64,000 bases of DNA from an uncultured Clostridia bacterium (GTDB taxonomy: Bacteria > Bacillota > Clostridia > TANB77 > CAG-508). Shown in pieces: positions 11,773 through 22,231 of the stretch; the first letter of the stretch is position 1, and every line of letters starts with the position of its first letter. The translations under genes were made by a program, and so were the position numbers. The stretch is taken from assembly GCA_944390365.1 (NCBI GenBank), contig CALXPW010000001.1:57907-121906 (forward strand). Reading direction: 5' to 3'. The notes under the pieces are model-generated. The model had not been told where the DNA came from. It worked only from the letters and a program-made list of their open reading frames with translations, and did no database searches.

Positions 11773-12630
11773 TTATTCTTCTCCTCTGCCCTCTGGTAAA
11801 GCATTTGGAATTTCTATAACTACTTTAATTTTCATTATATATTTTATTGCTTTTACAAATTTACTATTTTTAATACGTTGCCACAATGAAGGTTTTACTT
11901 CTACTCTAGTTTGTTCCATGTAATCCTTGTTTTCTTCTACTGCTTCTGGCAATATTGGTGCTTGAACTTCTTCAACATTTTCTTGAGTTACAGTTTCTAT
12001 TGGTTCTTCAGGTGTAGGTATTAGCTTTAATGCATCTGCAACTTCTATACCTATGTAACTTAAGGCTTTTGATCTATCTTCTATTCTTTCCATATCTATT
12101 TCAATATGTAAGTTTGTCTCTAAATTGCCAATTCTTGCATTTATTAGTTTTACTGCATCTTGATAATTTTGAGATGTAGAACCTTTTGCTCTTCCTATAA
12201 CTCCTAAAGTTTCAATTATATCCTCTGAAAAGTCATTTGATATTTGTTTTATTGTTTCTTTCCAATCTTCTGATTTATTTTCTACTGCATCTAAAGCATC
12301 TTTTAAACTAGCTGCTAATGAAATATTTTTTTCTCTTTGTCTTATTAAATCTTCTATTTTTTTAGTATTTTCTTCGAATTGATTTGTTGCATACTCAACT
12401 AACCCATAGGCTGCCTTATATACACTTATTGGGAAGTTCTTTTTCTTTGGATATTCTATTAAATAGGTTTTTATTGATTCTATTAAATCTTTAAAATACG
12501 CATCATCTTCTAATTGGATGATTTGCTTTTTACTATTTGGATTTATTAATTTTTGTACTTTATCAATATTTGATAAAATTTTCTCTTCCGTGATTACCAT
12601 TCTCACGTTTACTATGCCAGATCTAGACAT
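11773..12630 (-). CDS. Hypothetical protein (285 aa, acidic, no recognised domain)
   Basis: A long ORF with an RBS. I could not assign a family from the sequence. Confidence 0.5.
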   Translation of the reverse strand: MSRSGIVNVRMVITEEKILSNIDKVQKLINPNSKKQIIQLEDDAYFKDLIESIKTYLIEYPKKKNFPISVYKAAYGLVEYATNQFEENTKKIEDLIRQREKNISLAASLKDALDAVENKSEDWKETIKQISNDFSEDIIETLGVIGRAKGSTSQNYQDAVKLINARIGNLETNLHIEIDMERIEDRSKALSYIGIEVADALKLIPTPEEPIETVTQENVEEVQAPILPEAVEENKDYMEQTRVEVKPSLWQRIKNSKFVKAIKYIMKIKVVIEIPNALPEGRGEE

Positions 12631-12793
12631 TGTAAACCTAACCTCCTTTATCCTATGTAATGCTTATTTCCGTAAGTAATTTTTATATATAGGATTGCCT
12701 CTTACTTTACATTAACATTGTATTACAAGTTTTATTTTAAGTCAAGTATTTTTTTGTAATAATTTGTCTTTTTTTATTATGTATTTTCAACTT

Positions 12794-14659
12794 TTACTTA
12801 TCTTTTTTTATTTCTTCATATCTTTTTATTTTCATTGTAGTTGTTTTTACAAAATCATCATGTTTTATTTCTAATTTTTTAATAGCCTTGTATGAAGTTA
12901 GTTCTTTATTTACTTCTTTAACTTTATCCCAAATTATTTTATATATTTCTTCTTCGCTTAAATCTTTTCCATAATTTTCTTCTATTACTTCATAGTTTGG
13001 AATAACTTTAGCAGTAATAATTAATTCTTTTTCGCCTTCTACTTCTTTACCATAAACCATACATTCTTTTATTTCTGGATGTTTTGAAAGCATTAGTTCT
13101 ATTTCTTCTGGATATATATTTTTTCCATTTTGTGTTACTATAACGTTTTTGCTTCTACCTGTTATATATAGAAATCCTTCATTGTCCATATAACCAATAT
13201 CTCCAGAGTGGAACCATCTTTCTCCATTTTCTTCAAAGATTGCTTCTTTTGTAGCCTCTTCGTCCTCATAATATCCAAGCATTAAAGTCTTACTACAAAT
13301 TAAAACTTCTCCTTCTCCATTTTCATTTGGATGGTCTATTCTTAATTTTGCTCCTACTACAGCTTTTCCTGCAGAACCAACTTTTGGTTCAAAGTCTGGT
13401 GTTAATGCAGCTATTGGTGCTGTTTCTGTTAAGCCATATCCTTGTAAGAAAAGAATTCCAATATCTTCTACCCATTTTCCTATTTTTGCATCTATTGGTG
13501 CTGCTGCAGAAACTATTATTCTTAATCTTCCACCTAAGTTCTCGTAAATTTCATTAAATACTTTTCTCTTTATATCTACCCCAACTACTTTTAGCGCATT
13601 TGTTACGTGAATCATTGAATTTACTAAACCATCTTTTTTGCTCTTTTTAATGTTAGCATTTATTTTTCTGTATAAGCTTTCAACAAGTAATGGTACAGTT
13701 AATAGTGCTGTTGGTTTTGTTTCTTGTAAGTCTGATACTATATGTTTTAAACCTTGGCATACACTTATAGAAGCACCAATTCCAAATGGTAATAGAAATC
13801 CTATTGATGATTCATAAGTATGGTGTAATGGTAATATTGACATTAGTCTATCGTCTGGTGTAAGTTTTACATAAGCTGTTGCTGCATTTACGTTTTGCGC
13901 TAAATTTCTATTGCATAGCATAACGCCTTTTGCATTTGAAGTAGTTCCTGATGTAAATATTAAAACTTTGAACTCATCTGGGTCTATTTCTATGCTCATA
14001 AAGCTATTGTCTCCACCATTTACTAATGCTTTTCCCTCTTCTATTAAATAATCTAAACCTACAAATCTTCCATCTATTTCTTGGTCAGAATTCATTTGTA
14101 TAAAGTATTTTACATCTGGCAAATTTTCTGATACTTTTTTAATAACATCTGCTTTCTTAGTAGAAAATATTACAGCTGATGCTTTTGCTCTTTTTATAAC
14201 ATTTTCTATTTCATTTTCTGGTAACTCTTTATCAACTGGAACTGCAATTCCTGCACCACATAGCATTGTCATATATGATACATACCAATGATGTGTATTT
14301 TCTCCTATTATAACAATTCTCGTATCTTTTAAATTTAGCTTTCTTGTTAACGCTGTTCCAAGTCCTATTACTTCATTTTTGAATTGATTATATGTAATTT
14401 CTGTCCAATCTCCCTTTGGATTAAATTTTTCTAATAAAAAAGTTCTATCTGCATACTCTTTAGATGAGTTAATAAAAATTTCTTTTACTGTATTAAATGA
14501 TGTTCCTTCATAATTTTTAGTTCTTTTTTTCTTCTGATTTTCTTCTGCCTTTTTTACTTTATCATAATCAACTTTTACTTCATCGATTTCGTCAAGTTCC
14601 TTCAAATGAAATTTTGGGAATTTGAAATTTGGAACTTTAAAATCTTTTAGTATTCTCAT
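12794..14659 (-). CDS. Long-chain fatty-acid--CoA ligase (AMP-binding enzyme)
   Basis: AMP-binding motif TSGTTSNAKGVML. 621 aa. Sits downstream of a TetR-family regulator. Confidence 0.85.
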   Translation of the reverse strand: MRILKDFKVPNFKFPKFHLKELDEIDEVKVDYDKVKKAEENQKKKRTKNYEGTSFNTVKEIFINSSKEYADRTFLLEKFNPKGDWTEITYNQFKNEVIGLGTALTRKLNLKDTRIVIIGENTHHWYVSYMTMLCGAGIAVPVDKELPENEIENVIKRAKASAVIFSTKKADVIKKVSENLPDVKYFIQMNSDQEIDGRFVGLDYLIEEGKALVNGGDNSFMSIEIDPDEFKVLIFTSGTTSNAKGVMLCNRNLAQNVNAATAYVKLTPDDRLMSILPLHHTYESSIGFLLPFGIGASISVCQGLKHIVSDLQETKPTALLTVPLLVESLYRKINANIKKSKKDGLVNSMIHVTNALKVVGVDIKRKVFNEIYENLGGRLRIIVSAAAPIDAKIGKWVEDIGILFLQGYGLTETAPIAALTPDFEPKVGSAGKAVVGAKLRIDHPNENGEGEVLICSKTLMLGYYEDEEATKEAIFEENGERWFHSGDIGYMDNEGFLYITGRSKNVIVTQNGKNIYPEEIELMLSKHPEIKECMVYGKEVEGEKELIITAKVIPNYEVIEENYGKDLSEEEIYKIIWDKVKEVNKELTSYKAIKKLEIKHDDFVKTTTMKIKRYEEIKKDK

Positions 14660-14728
14660 ATATAAACCTCCATTTGAGCATTTTGCTCCTATAAAACTAA
14701 AATAAAACTTCTAAAAGTTCTATTACTT

Positions 14729-15292
14729 TTATGCACGTAGCTTCTTAAGAAAAGAATTGTCTACTTCTTCAAAAATTTTTTGTACATCCACCTTGTTATG
14801 TCTCATTTTATAAATATAACTTGAACAAGTAAATCCAAATATTCCAGAAGCTATAATGTCTGAATCTCTATCTACTATTTCATGCTTTTGTATTCCTTTT
14901 TTTACTATTTCTTCTATCATATGTATATATTCAAACACATATTTTTTGCATAATTTACTTCTCTCGTCATTTCCCCAAATTTGGCTTAATATTATTGTTA
15001 TAAAGTTTTCGTATTTGAATAGTATTTTTATTTGTATTAAAACTATTGCTCTTATTTTGTCTAACGAGTTGTTTATTTTTGCAGTTTTTATACTAATGCT
15101 ATTTTTCAAAAGCTTCATTCCCTCATCAACTAAGAAATTAAAAATTTCTTCTTTGCTTGAGAAATGATAGTATAACGTTCCCTTTGCCACGCCTACTGTT
15201 GCTGTTATTTCTTCTATACTAGTTGCATCATAACCTTTATCTGCAAATAGTTTCATTGATGTTTCAAAAATTTTTCTCTTTGTTTTATTCAT
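14729..15292 (-). CDS. TetR/AcrR-family transcriptional regulator
   Basis: N-terminal TetR HTH (RKIFETSMKLFADKGYDATSIEEITATVGVAKGTLYYHF). Confidence 0.85.
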   Translation of the reverse strand: MNKTKRKIFETSMKLFADKGYDATSIEEITATVGVAKGTLYYHFSSKEEIFNFLVDEGMKLLKNSISIKTAKINNSLDKIRAIVLIQIKILFKYENFITIILSQIWGNDERSKLCKKYVFEYIHMIEEIVKKGIQKHEIVDRDSDIIASGIFGFTCSSYIYKMRHNKVDVQKIFEEVDNSFLKKLRA

Positions 15293-15408
15293 CTACTTCA
15301 CCTTTACACAAAAAACTATATTTATTATATAATTTATTAAGAAATTATGCAAGTGTTTATGGTATTTTTGACTCATTGTACCAAAAAAAGCGAGATGCTC
15401 TCTCGCTT

Positions 15409-16410
15409 TTATTTCTTTCCTCTATCTAATGTATCTAAATTGTCCAAAGCTTTTCCTGTTCCTAAAGCAACACATGATATTGCTTCTTGGGCAATCATAA
15501 CATTTATTCCTGTTTTTACTTGTAATAGCTTATCTAACCCATCTATTAAGCATCCTCCACCAGTCATATATATTCCTCTATCACTTATATCTGCTGCAAG
15601 TTCTGGTGGTGTTTTTTCTAATACAGAATGAACACTATCTACTATCATCATAGCTGGCTCTATAAGTGCCTCTAACATTTCACTAGAATGAATAGTTATG
15701 TTTTTAGGTAGTCCTGTAATTAAGTCTCTTCCTCTTATTTCCATTTCTGTATCTTGTATTTTTGGATATACACAACCTATATTTATCTTTAAATCTTCTG
15801 CAGTTCTTTCGCCTATCATTATGTTGTGTTTCCTTTTTATATATTTTACTATTGCCTCATCAAATTTATCTCCTGCAACTTTTAAAGACTCACTAACTAC
15901 AGAGCCTCCTAAAGAAATAACAGCTATGTCTGTTGTACCTCCACCAATATCTACTACCATATTTCCACATGGTTTAGATATATCTATTCCGGCGCCTATT
16001 GCTGCTGCAATTGGCTCTTCAATTAAGAATACTTTTCTTGCTCCTGCTTGTGAAGCTGCATCTATAACAGCCTTTTTTTCTACTTCTGTAACTTGTGATG
16101 GTATACATATCATAATTCTTGGAGAAAATACAAATTTACCACATATTTTATTTATAAAATATTTAAGCATTTTTTCTGTAACTGTATAATTTGAAATTAC
16201 TCCATCTCTTAATGGCCTTGTTGCCACTATATTTCCTGGAGTTCTACCAAGCATTCTTCTAGCTTCTTTTCCTACAGCTAGAACCTCTCCTGTATTATTA
16301 TCTACTGCAACAACAGAAGGTTCTCTTAATACTATTCCCTTTCCCTTTACATACGCGATTACAGTTGCAGTTCCTAAATCTATGCCTATGTCTTGTCCCA
16401 ACTTAAACAT
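15409..16410 (-). CDS. mreB: Rod-shape determining protein MreB/Mbl (actin homologue)
   Basis: IGIDLGTATV...DIGGGTTDIAVISLGG, 333 aa. Confidence 0.9.
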   Translation of the reverse strand: MFKLGQDIGIDLGTATVIAYVKGKGIVLREPSVVAVDNNTGEVLAVGKEARRMLGRTPGNIVATRPLRDGVISNYTVTEKMLKYFINKICGKFVFSPRIMICIPSQVTEVEKKAVIDAASQAGARKVFLIEEPIAAAIGAGIDISKPCGNMVVDIGGGTTDIAVISLGGSVVSESLKVAGDKFDEAIVKYIKRKHNIMIGERTAEDLKINIGCVYPKIQDTEMEIRGRDLITGLPKNITIHSSEMLEALIEPAMMIVDSVHSVLEKTPPELAADISDRGIYMTGGGCLIDGLDKLLQVKTGINVMIAQEAISCVALGTGKALDNLDTLDRGKK

Positions 16411-16598
16411 ACTTAAATCTTTCCTTTCTAATGTTTCGGCTGTATTTCATTTTTATTACATTTGCGTTACAATTATATTACATTTAATTTAAAATAGCAA
16501 TTACTTTTTTTATTTTATATAAAAAAACTACCTTTAATATTTATATTATATTTAAAGGTAGTAATTTTATACATTTTTTAGTAATTTTTCAAATTATT

Positions 16599-17027
16599 TC
16601 ATAGCACTTTTTCTGGTATTGTTAATAAATAAAAATGCTTTATATAATCTCTTTTAAATTTTAGTTCATACGTTTTTGTCTCACCTGCTGATAAATTTCC
16701 TATTTCAATATATTCAGTTCCTTTTATTTCGTAATTTTCATCCAATAGTACGAAGCATAAATATCCGCCATTTACTTCGCTATCACTTTCGTTTTTTACT
16801 TCTCCTTTTATATATCCATTTACATTAGTTGCTTTAGCCTCAGTAACTGTAATACTTGGATTACCAGCACGTATACTATATTCAGTAATATCTGTATACA
16901 TTGTTTTTACTGCCAAATAGGTTCCAACAGTTACAAATGCAAATAATAATATAAACCAAATGAGCCATCTTCTTAAGTTTCTTGTTTGTACTCTTGTGTC
17001 TATAAACCAAAAATCATCATAACTCAT
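16599..17027 (-). CDS. Hypothetical membrane-anchored protein
   Basis: 142 codons with one N-terminal TM helix. Confidence 0.45.
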   Translation of the reverse strand: MSYDDFWFIDTRVQTRNLRRWLIWFILLFAFVTVGTYLAVKTMYTDITEYSIRAGNPSITVTEAKATNVNGYIKGEVKNESDSEVNGGYLCFVLLDENYEIKGTEYIEIGNLSAGETKTYELKFKRDYIKHFYLLTIPEKVL

Positions 17028-17057
17028 TCTATTTCATTCCCTTCTTCATAATATTAT

Positions 17058-17801
17058 TTACATTTTTCTAAATACACCTATTACTTTTCCAAGTATTTGA
17101 CAATCTGGAACTATTATTGGATCCATTGTGCTATTTTCTGGTTGTAATCTTATATGACCTTTTTCTTTGTAGAAAGTTTTAACTGTAGCTTCATCATCAA
17201 TTAAAGCTACTACTATTTGTCCATTTTCTGCTACATTTTGTCTTCTTACTAGAATAAGATCTCCATCTAATATACCTGCTTCAATCATACTTTCTCCACT
17301 TACTAGCAACATAAAGCATTGGCTATTTCCTGCAAAATCAACAGGAACAGGCACTGTATCTGTTATGTTCTCTACAGCAAGAATTGGAGCTCCAGCAGTA
17401 ATTTTTCCTACGATTGGAACATCAACCATTTCTTTTCTGTTGTAAAAAGCTTTTAGATTATCGCTTTCTTTACCTACTCTAGCTGTATCGTAGAAGTCAT
17501 CTTCTTTCTTTAGAACTCTTAGAGTTCTACCTTTTTGATTCTCTTTCTTAATATATTTCATTGCTTCTAGTTGTTTTAAGTATGAGTGTACTGTAGCAGT
17601 TGAGCTTAGACCTACTGCCTTTCCTATTTCTCTTACTGATGGTGCATATCCATTTTTTTCAATTTCTTTTGTAATATATCTTAAAATTTGTTTCTGTCTT
17701 GTAGTTAGTCCTTGAGTTCTTGGCTTTCTCTTTTTTGTTTTACTTTTTTCTTTAGGTTTTGGTTTTGTATTATACTTTTTGTGCTTAATCTCATCCTCCA
17801 T
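17058..17801 (-). CDS. lexA: LexA repressor (SOS regulator) with a basic N-terminal extension
   Basis: HTH ([21 protein letters not shown]) plus an S24 peptidase domain with the [10 protein letters not shown] cleavage-site region. An approximately 40-aa K-rich extension sits before the LTTRQKQIL motif, so the start may be internal. Confidence 0.85.
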   Translation of the reverse strand: MEDEIKHKKYNTKPKPKEKSKTKKRKPRTQGLTTRQKQILRYITKEIEKNGYAPSVREIGKAVGLSSTATVHSYLKQLEAMKYIKKENQKGRTLRVLKKEDDFYDTARVGKESDNLKAFYNRKEMVDVPIVGKITAGAPILAVENITDTVPVPVDFAGNSQCFMLLVSGESMIEAGILDGDLILVRRQNVAENGQIVVALIDDEATVKTFYKEKGHIRLQPENSTMDPIIVPDCQILGKVIGVFRKM

Positions 17802-17924
17802 CTATTCATCCCTCCAAATTCGATTTTACAATATAGTATCATACAAACAAAAAATTGTCAAACAAATTTTTGATTTTTTTATTTTTTTCCACTTGCTTGT
17901 AGCAATTTACTGATTTAAGAATAA

Positions 17925-18073
17925 GCAAAGGATGTATATTTTAATTTTTTATTGGAGTGCTTAAGGTGGGGACCGACAAGTTTACAAACTGTTAAACGAA
18001 ACGCAAGTGAAGTTTTTACAGTTTGTACGCAGTTGGGGGCCGGAAATAAAAAATTAAAATATACATCCTTTGC
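17925..18073 (+). repeat. Palindromic repeat family 1, copy A (MITE-like, ~150 bp: diverged ~30-bp TIRs plus a conserved core)
   Basis: Left end GCAAAGGATGTATATTTTAATTTTTTATTGG, right end CCGGAAATAAAAAATTAAAATATACATCCTTTGC. Core GAGTGCTTAAGGTGGGGACCGACAAGTTTACAAACTGT-loop-ACAGTTTGTACGCAGTTGGGGGCCG. This core is shared with copies at 31141, 38123, 49543 and 57433. Confidence 0.85.
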
Positions 18074-18099
18074 CAAAATAAAGCAGTAAATTGTTACCT

Positions 18100-19398
<1,299 letters not shown>

Positions 19399-19437
19399 TT
19401 AGAATATAAAACAGCGATCCTATATTCTATTATTTTT

Positions 19438-20454
19438 TTACATTTCGTCAAAATAATCTAGTTTCATTGCTTTTTTTACTTTTTTCATTGTTTCTTTTGC
19501 AGTTTTTCTTGCTTTTTCAGTACCTTTTATCAACAATTCATCTACAAGTTCTGGTCTTTCTTCATAATATTTTCTCTTTTCTCTCATTGGTTTTAAAAAT
19601 TCTATTATATTATTTGCAAGCTCCTTTTTACAAGCTACACAACCTCTTTTACCAGCTTTGCACTCTTCACATACTTTTTTGCAATCTTCTTTGCTAGTAA
19701 ATAAATTGTGGTAATATGCGACCATACAAATGTCTGGATTGCCTTTATCATCCTTTCTAATTCTGTTTGGATCTGTAATAGCACTCATAACCTTTTTAGT
19801 TATTTCCTCTGGCGAATCAGAAAGATAAATGGCATTTCCTAAAGACTTCCCCATTTTTTCGTTTCCATCTAGGCCTTTAATCCTCTTAGCACTTGATAAA
19901 ACAGCCTCTGGCTCTGTTAAAACCTCTCCATATATACTATTAAACTTTCTTACAATTTCTCTGCATTGCTCAATTAGTGGAAGCTGGTCTTCTCCAACTG
20001 GCACTATTTTACCCTCAAAAGCAGTTATATCTGCTGCTTGGCTTACAGGATAACCTAAAAATCCATAAGTAACACTCTCTCCAAAAAGTTCTCTCTTCTG
20101 TGCAATTTCAGTCTTCACAGTAGGGTTTCTCTCAAGCCTAGCTATTGTTACTAGATTAGAATAATATACTGTAAGTTCTGCTACTTCTGGTATCATAGAT
20201 TGAATATATATAGTAGTTTTTTCTGGGTCAATTCCCACAGACAAATAATCTAGCATAACCTCTTTTACATTCTTTCTTACCTTTTCAGGATTATTAAAAT
20301 TATCTGTTAAAGCTTGCACATCAGCAATTAAAATATATGGGTCATATTCACCTGAATTTTGCATCTCTACTCTAGTCTTTAACGAACCAAAATAATGCCC
20401 AATATGCAATCTTCCTGTTGGTCTATCTCCTGTTAAAATTCTTTTCTTTTCCAT
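19438..20454 (-). CDS. trpS: Tryptophan--tRNA ligase
   Basis: Class I motifs are present: HIGH-like HIGHYFGS and KMSKS as KMGKS. 338 aa. Confidence 0.95.
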   Translation of the reverse strand: MEKKRILTGDRPTGRLHIGHYFGSLKTRVEMQNSGEYDPYILIADVQALTDNFNNPEKVRKNVKEVMLDYLSVGIDPEKTTIYIQSMIPEVAELTVYYSNLVTIARLERNPTVKTEIAQKRELFGESVTYGFLGYPVSQAADITAFEGKIVPVGEDQLPLIEQCREIVRKFNSIYGEVLTEPEAVLSSAKRIKGLDGNEKMGKSLGNAIYLSDSPEEITKKVMSAITDPNRIRKDDKGNPDICMVAYYHNLFTSKEDCKKVCEECKAGKRGCVACKKELANNIIEFLKPMREKRKYYEERPELVDELLIKGTEKARKTAKETMKKVKKAMKLDYFDEM

Positions 20455-20568
20455 AAAAATCCTCCTTTGGCACCTTGGTGCCTGTCACAAAAGTGCCATT
20501 TGGCACTTTGGGGGACAGGTCTGTTTGAGACAACTCTGTCCTTTTTAGACCTGTCCCCAAACATGACA
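20455..20568 (-). promoter_or_regulatory. Structured leader between znuB and trpS: long GC hairpin, intrinsic terminator (GTGCCA-aat-TGGCAC-TTTT) and an RBS-proximal hairpin
   Basis: Read on the minus strand: GGGGACAGGTCT-24 nt-AGACCTGTCCCC, then GTGCCAAATGGCACTTTTGTG, then GGCACCAAGGTGCC, then AAAGGAGG and the ATG. There is no room for a promoter between the terminator and the RBS. Confidence 0.5.
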
Positions 20569-21415
20569 TTATTTTCCTTTTACCCTGCCCTTAATTCCTA
20601 GTGTAATAAAGTAAATCGCTCCTGATAATATTACTATCATAGGTCCTGTTGGTATATTGTAATAATATGATAATATTAAACCTGCTACTCCTGAGAATAG
20701 TGAAAATATTATTGCATATAAATGGTACCATCTCATATTTTTTGCAATGTTTCTGCTTGATGCAGCTGGCAAAATAAGTAATGAGTTAATAAGTAGTATA
20801 CCAATCCATCTTATTGAAATCATTACTACTATAGCTATTAGTACTACGAATATGTTGTCTATTTTTTTTGTTTTTACTCCTTTACTTTTAGCCAATGTAG
20901 TATTTATGCTTATTAAATGTAATTTGTTGAATGTGAAGTACCAAAATACTAATACTACAATTGCAATTAAAAATACGTATATTATTTCTGTATCTGTAAT
21001 GCTTAATATATCTCCAACTAGATAACTAGAATATCCATTAAAGTTACCTGTTTGTGCTAAAATTGCCAGTCCTATTGCTATTGCAATTGATGAAAATACA
21101 CTAATTATTGTGTCTGCACCATAAGTTGTTTTATTCTTTACATAGTTTAGTAAAAGTGCAAATCCTATTGCAAATATTATCATACCAATGTTTAAATTAC
21201 TTATGCCTAGTAGGCTTCCGAATAGCAATTCCTGTTAATGCTGAATGCCCAAGAGCATCAGAGAAAAATGCCATTTTATTATTTACTATCATTGTTCCCA
21301 ATATTGCAAATATTGGTGATATTAAAATTATAGCAAGTAAAGCATTTTTCATAAATTCATAATTTATAAAATCAAATGGTAATATTACTTCTAATATACT
21401 ATCTATTACTTCCAT
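20569..21415 (-). pseudogene. ZnuB/MntB-like metal ABC transporter permease interrupted by a +1 frameshift (pseudogene or sequencing error)
   Basis: The 72-aa ORF (21197..21415, ...FFSDALGHSALTGIAI) and the 219-aa ORF (20569..21228, LLGISNL...) overlap by 32 nt in different frames. Together they reconstruct one ~280-aa ABC-3 permease. Confidence 0.5.
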
Positions 21416-21475
21416 TTCTTCCTCATTTCTACTTAATTATTTTACTATAAATAAAAAATATATATCTATATTTAT

Positions 21476-22231
21476 TTAAGACAATTCTCCAAACCTATTT
21501 TTAAACTCAAGGCTTTTAAAAACATCGTCTGGTGTCCCCTCTTTTATAACTTCTTTGTCTAACAAAATTACTTTATCTGCGTATTTTTTTGCTAGGTCTA
21601 AATCATGTGATACTAATATTATTGACATATCGTATTCTGATTTTAATTTACTTATTATTTTATAAAATTCTTTTATTCCGTTTCTGTCAATACCTGATAC
21701 TGGCTCATCCAATATAAGTAAATTTGGAGTAGGCTTTGTAGCTATTGCTATAAGCACTCTTTGCAATTCTCCACCTGATAAATCTCCAATACTTTTATCT
21801 ATTAACTCATCTGCGCCAAATATTTTTAAATGTTCTTTTATTTCATCATATATTTTCTTATCTTTTCTTAAGAATACTGGAATATGTGTAATGCATGAAG
21901 CAAAAAGGTCATAAACAGTTGTAGGCATATGTCTTTCTACATTGATACTTTGTGGAACATAACCTATTTTTATTTTCTTAGTAACATTATCTTTTTGGTC
22001 TACAAACACAATATTTCCTGTGTGCTCTATTTCACCTAAAATAGCTTTAAGTAATGTACTTTTTCCTGCCCCATTTCTTCCTATAATAACAGTTAATTCT
22101 CCACAATGAATATGAATATTAACATTTTTTAGTATTACATCTTTTCCAATTTTAACTCCAATATTATTTATTTTTGTACAGTGTAATCCACAAGCTTTTT
22201 CCATATGCACCTCCGCGCTTTTAATTAACAC
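21476..22231 (-). CDS. Metal (Zn/Mn) ABC transporter ATP-binding protein
   Basis: Walker A GRNGAGKST, the ABC signature LSGGELQR and Walker B ILDEP. Confidence 0.85.
   Translation of the reverse strand: MLIKSAEVHMEKACGLHCTKINNIGVKIGKDVILKNVNIHIHCGELTVIIGRNGAGKSTLLKAILGEIEHTGNIVFVDQKDNVTKKIKIGYVPQSINVERHMPTTVYDLFASCITHIPVFLRKDKKIYDEIKEHLKIFGADELIDKSIGDLSGGELQRVLIAIATKPTPNLLILDEPVSGIDRNGIKEFYKIISKLKSEYDMSIILVSHDLDLAKKYADKVILLDKEVIKEGTPDDVFKSLEFKNRFGELS

Noticed and set aside
17802-17924. LexA (Cheo/DinR) boxes upstream of lexA and of the Y-family polymerase gene (10914..11080)
   Set aside because: No CGAAC-N4-GTTCG-type site was found by eye. Only AAACAC-N6-GTGTTT (~10960) and GGAACGTTTATTTTAC (~11068) were seen, and neither fits. 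SOS regulation remains plausible but is unsupported by sequence here.
19438-20568. T-box riboswitch leaders upstream of trpS and serS (28830..29054)
   Set aside because: The leaders are too short or lack the T-box consensus AGGGUGGNACCGCG and a specifier-loop context.
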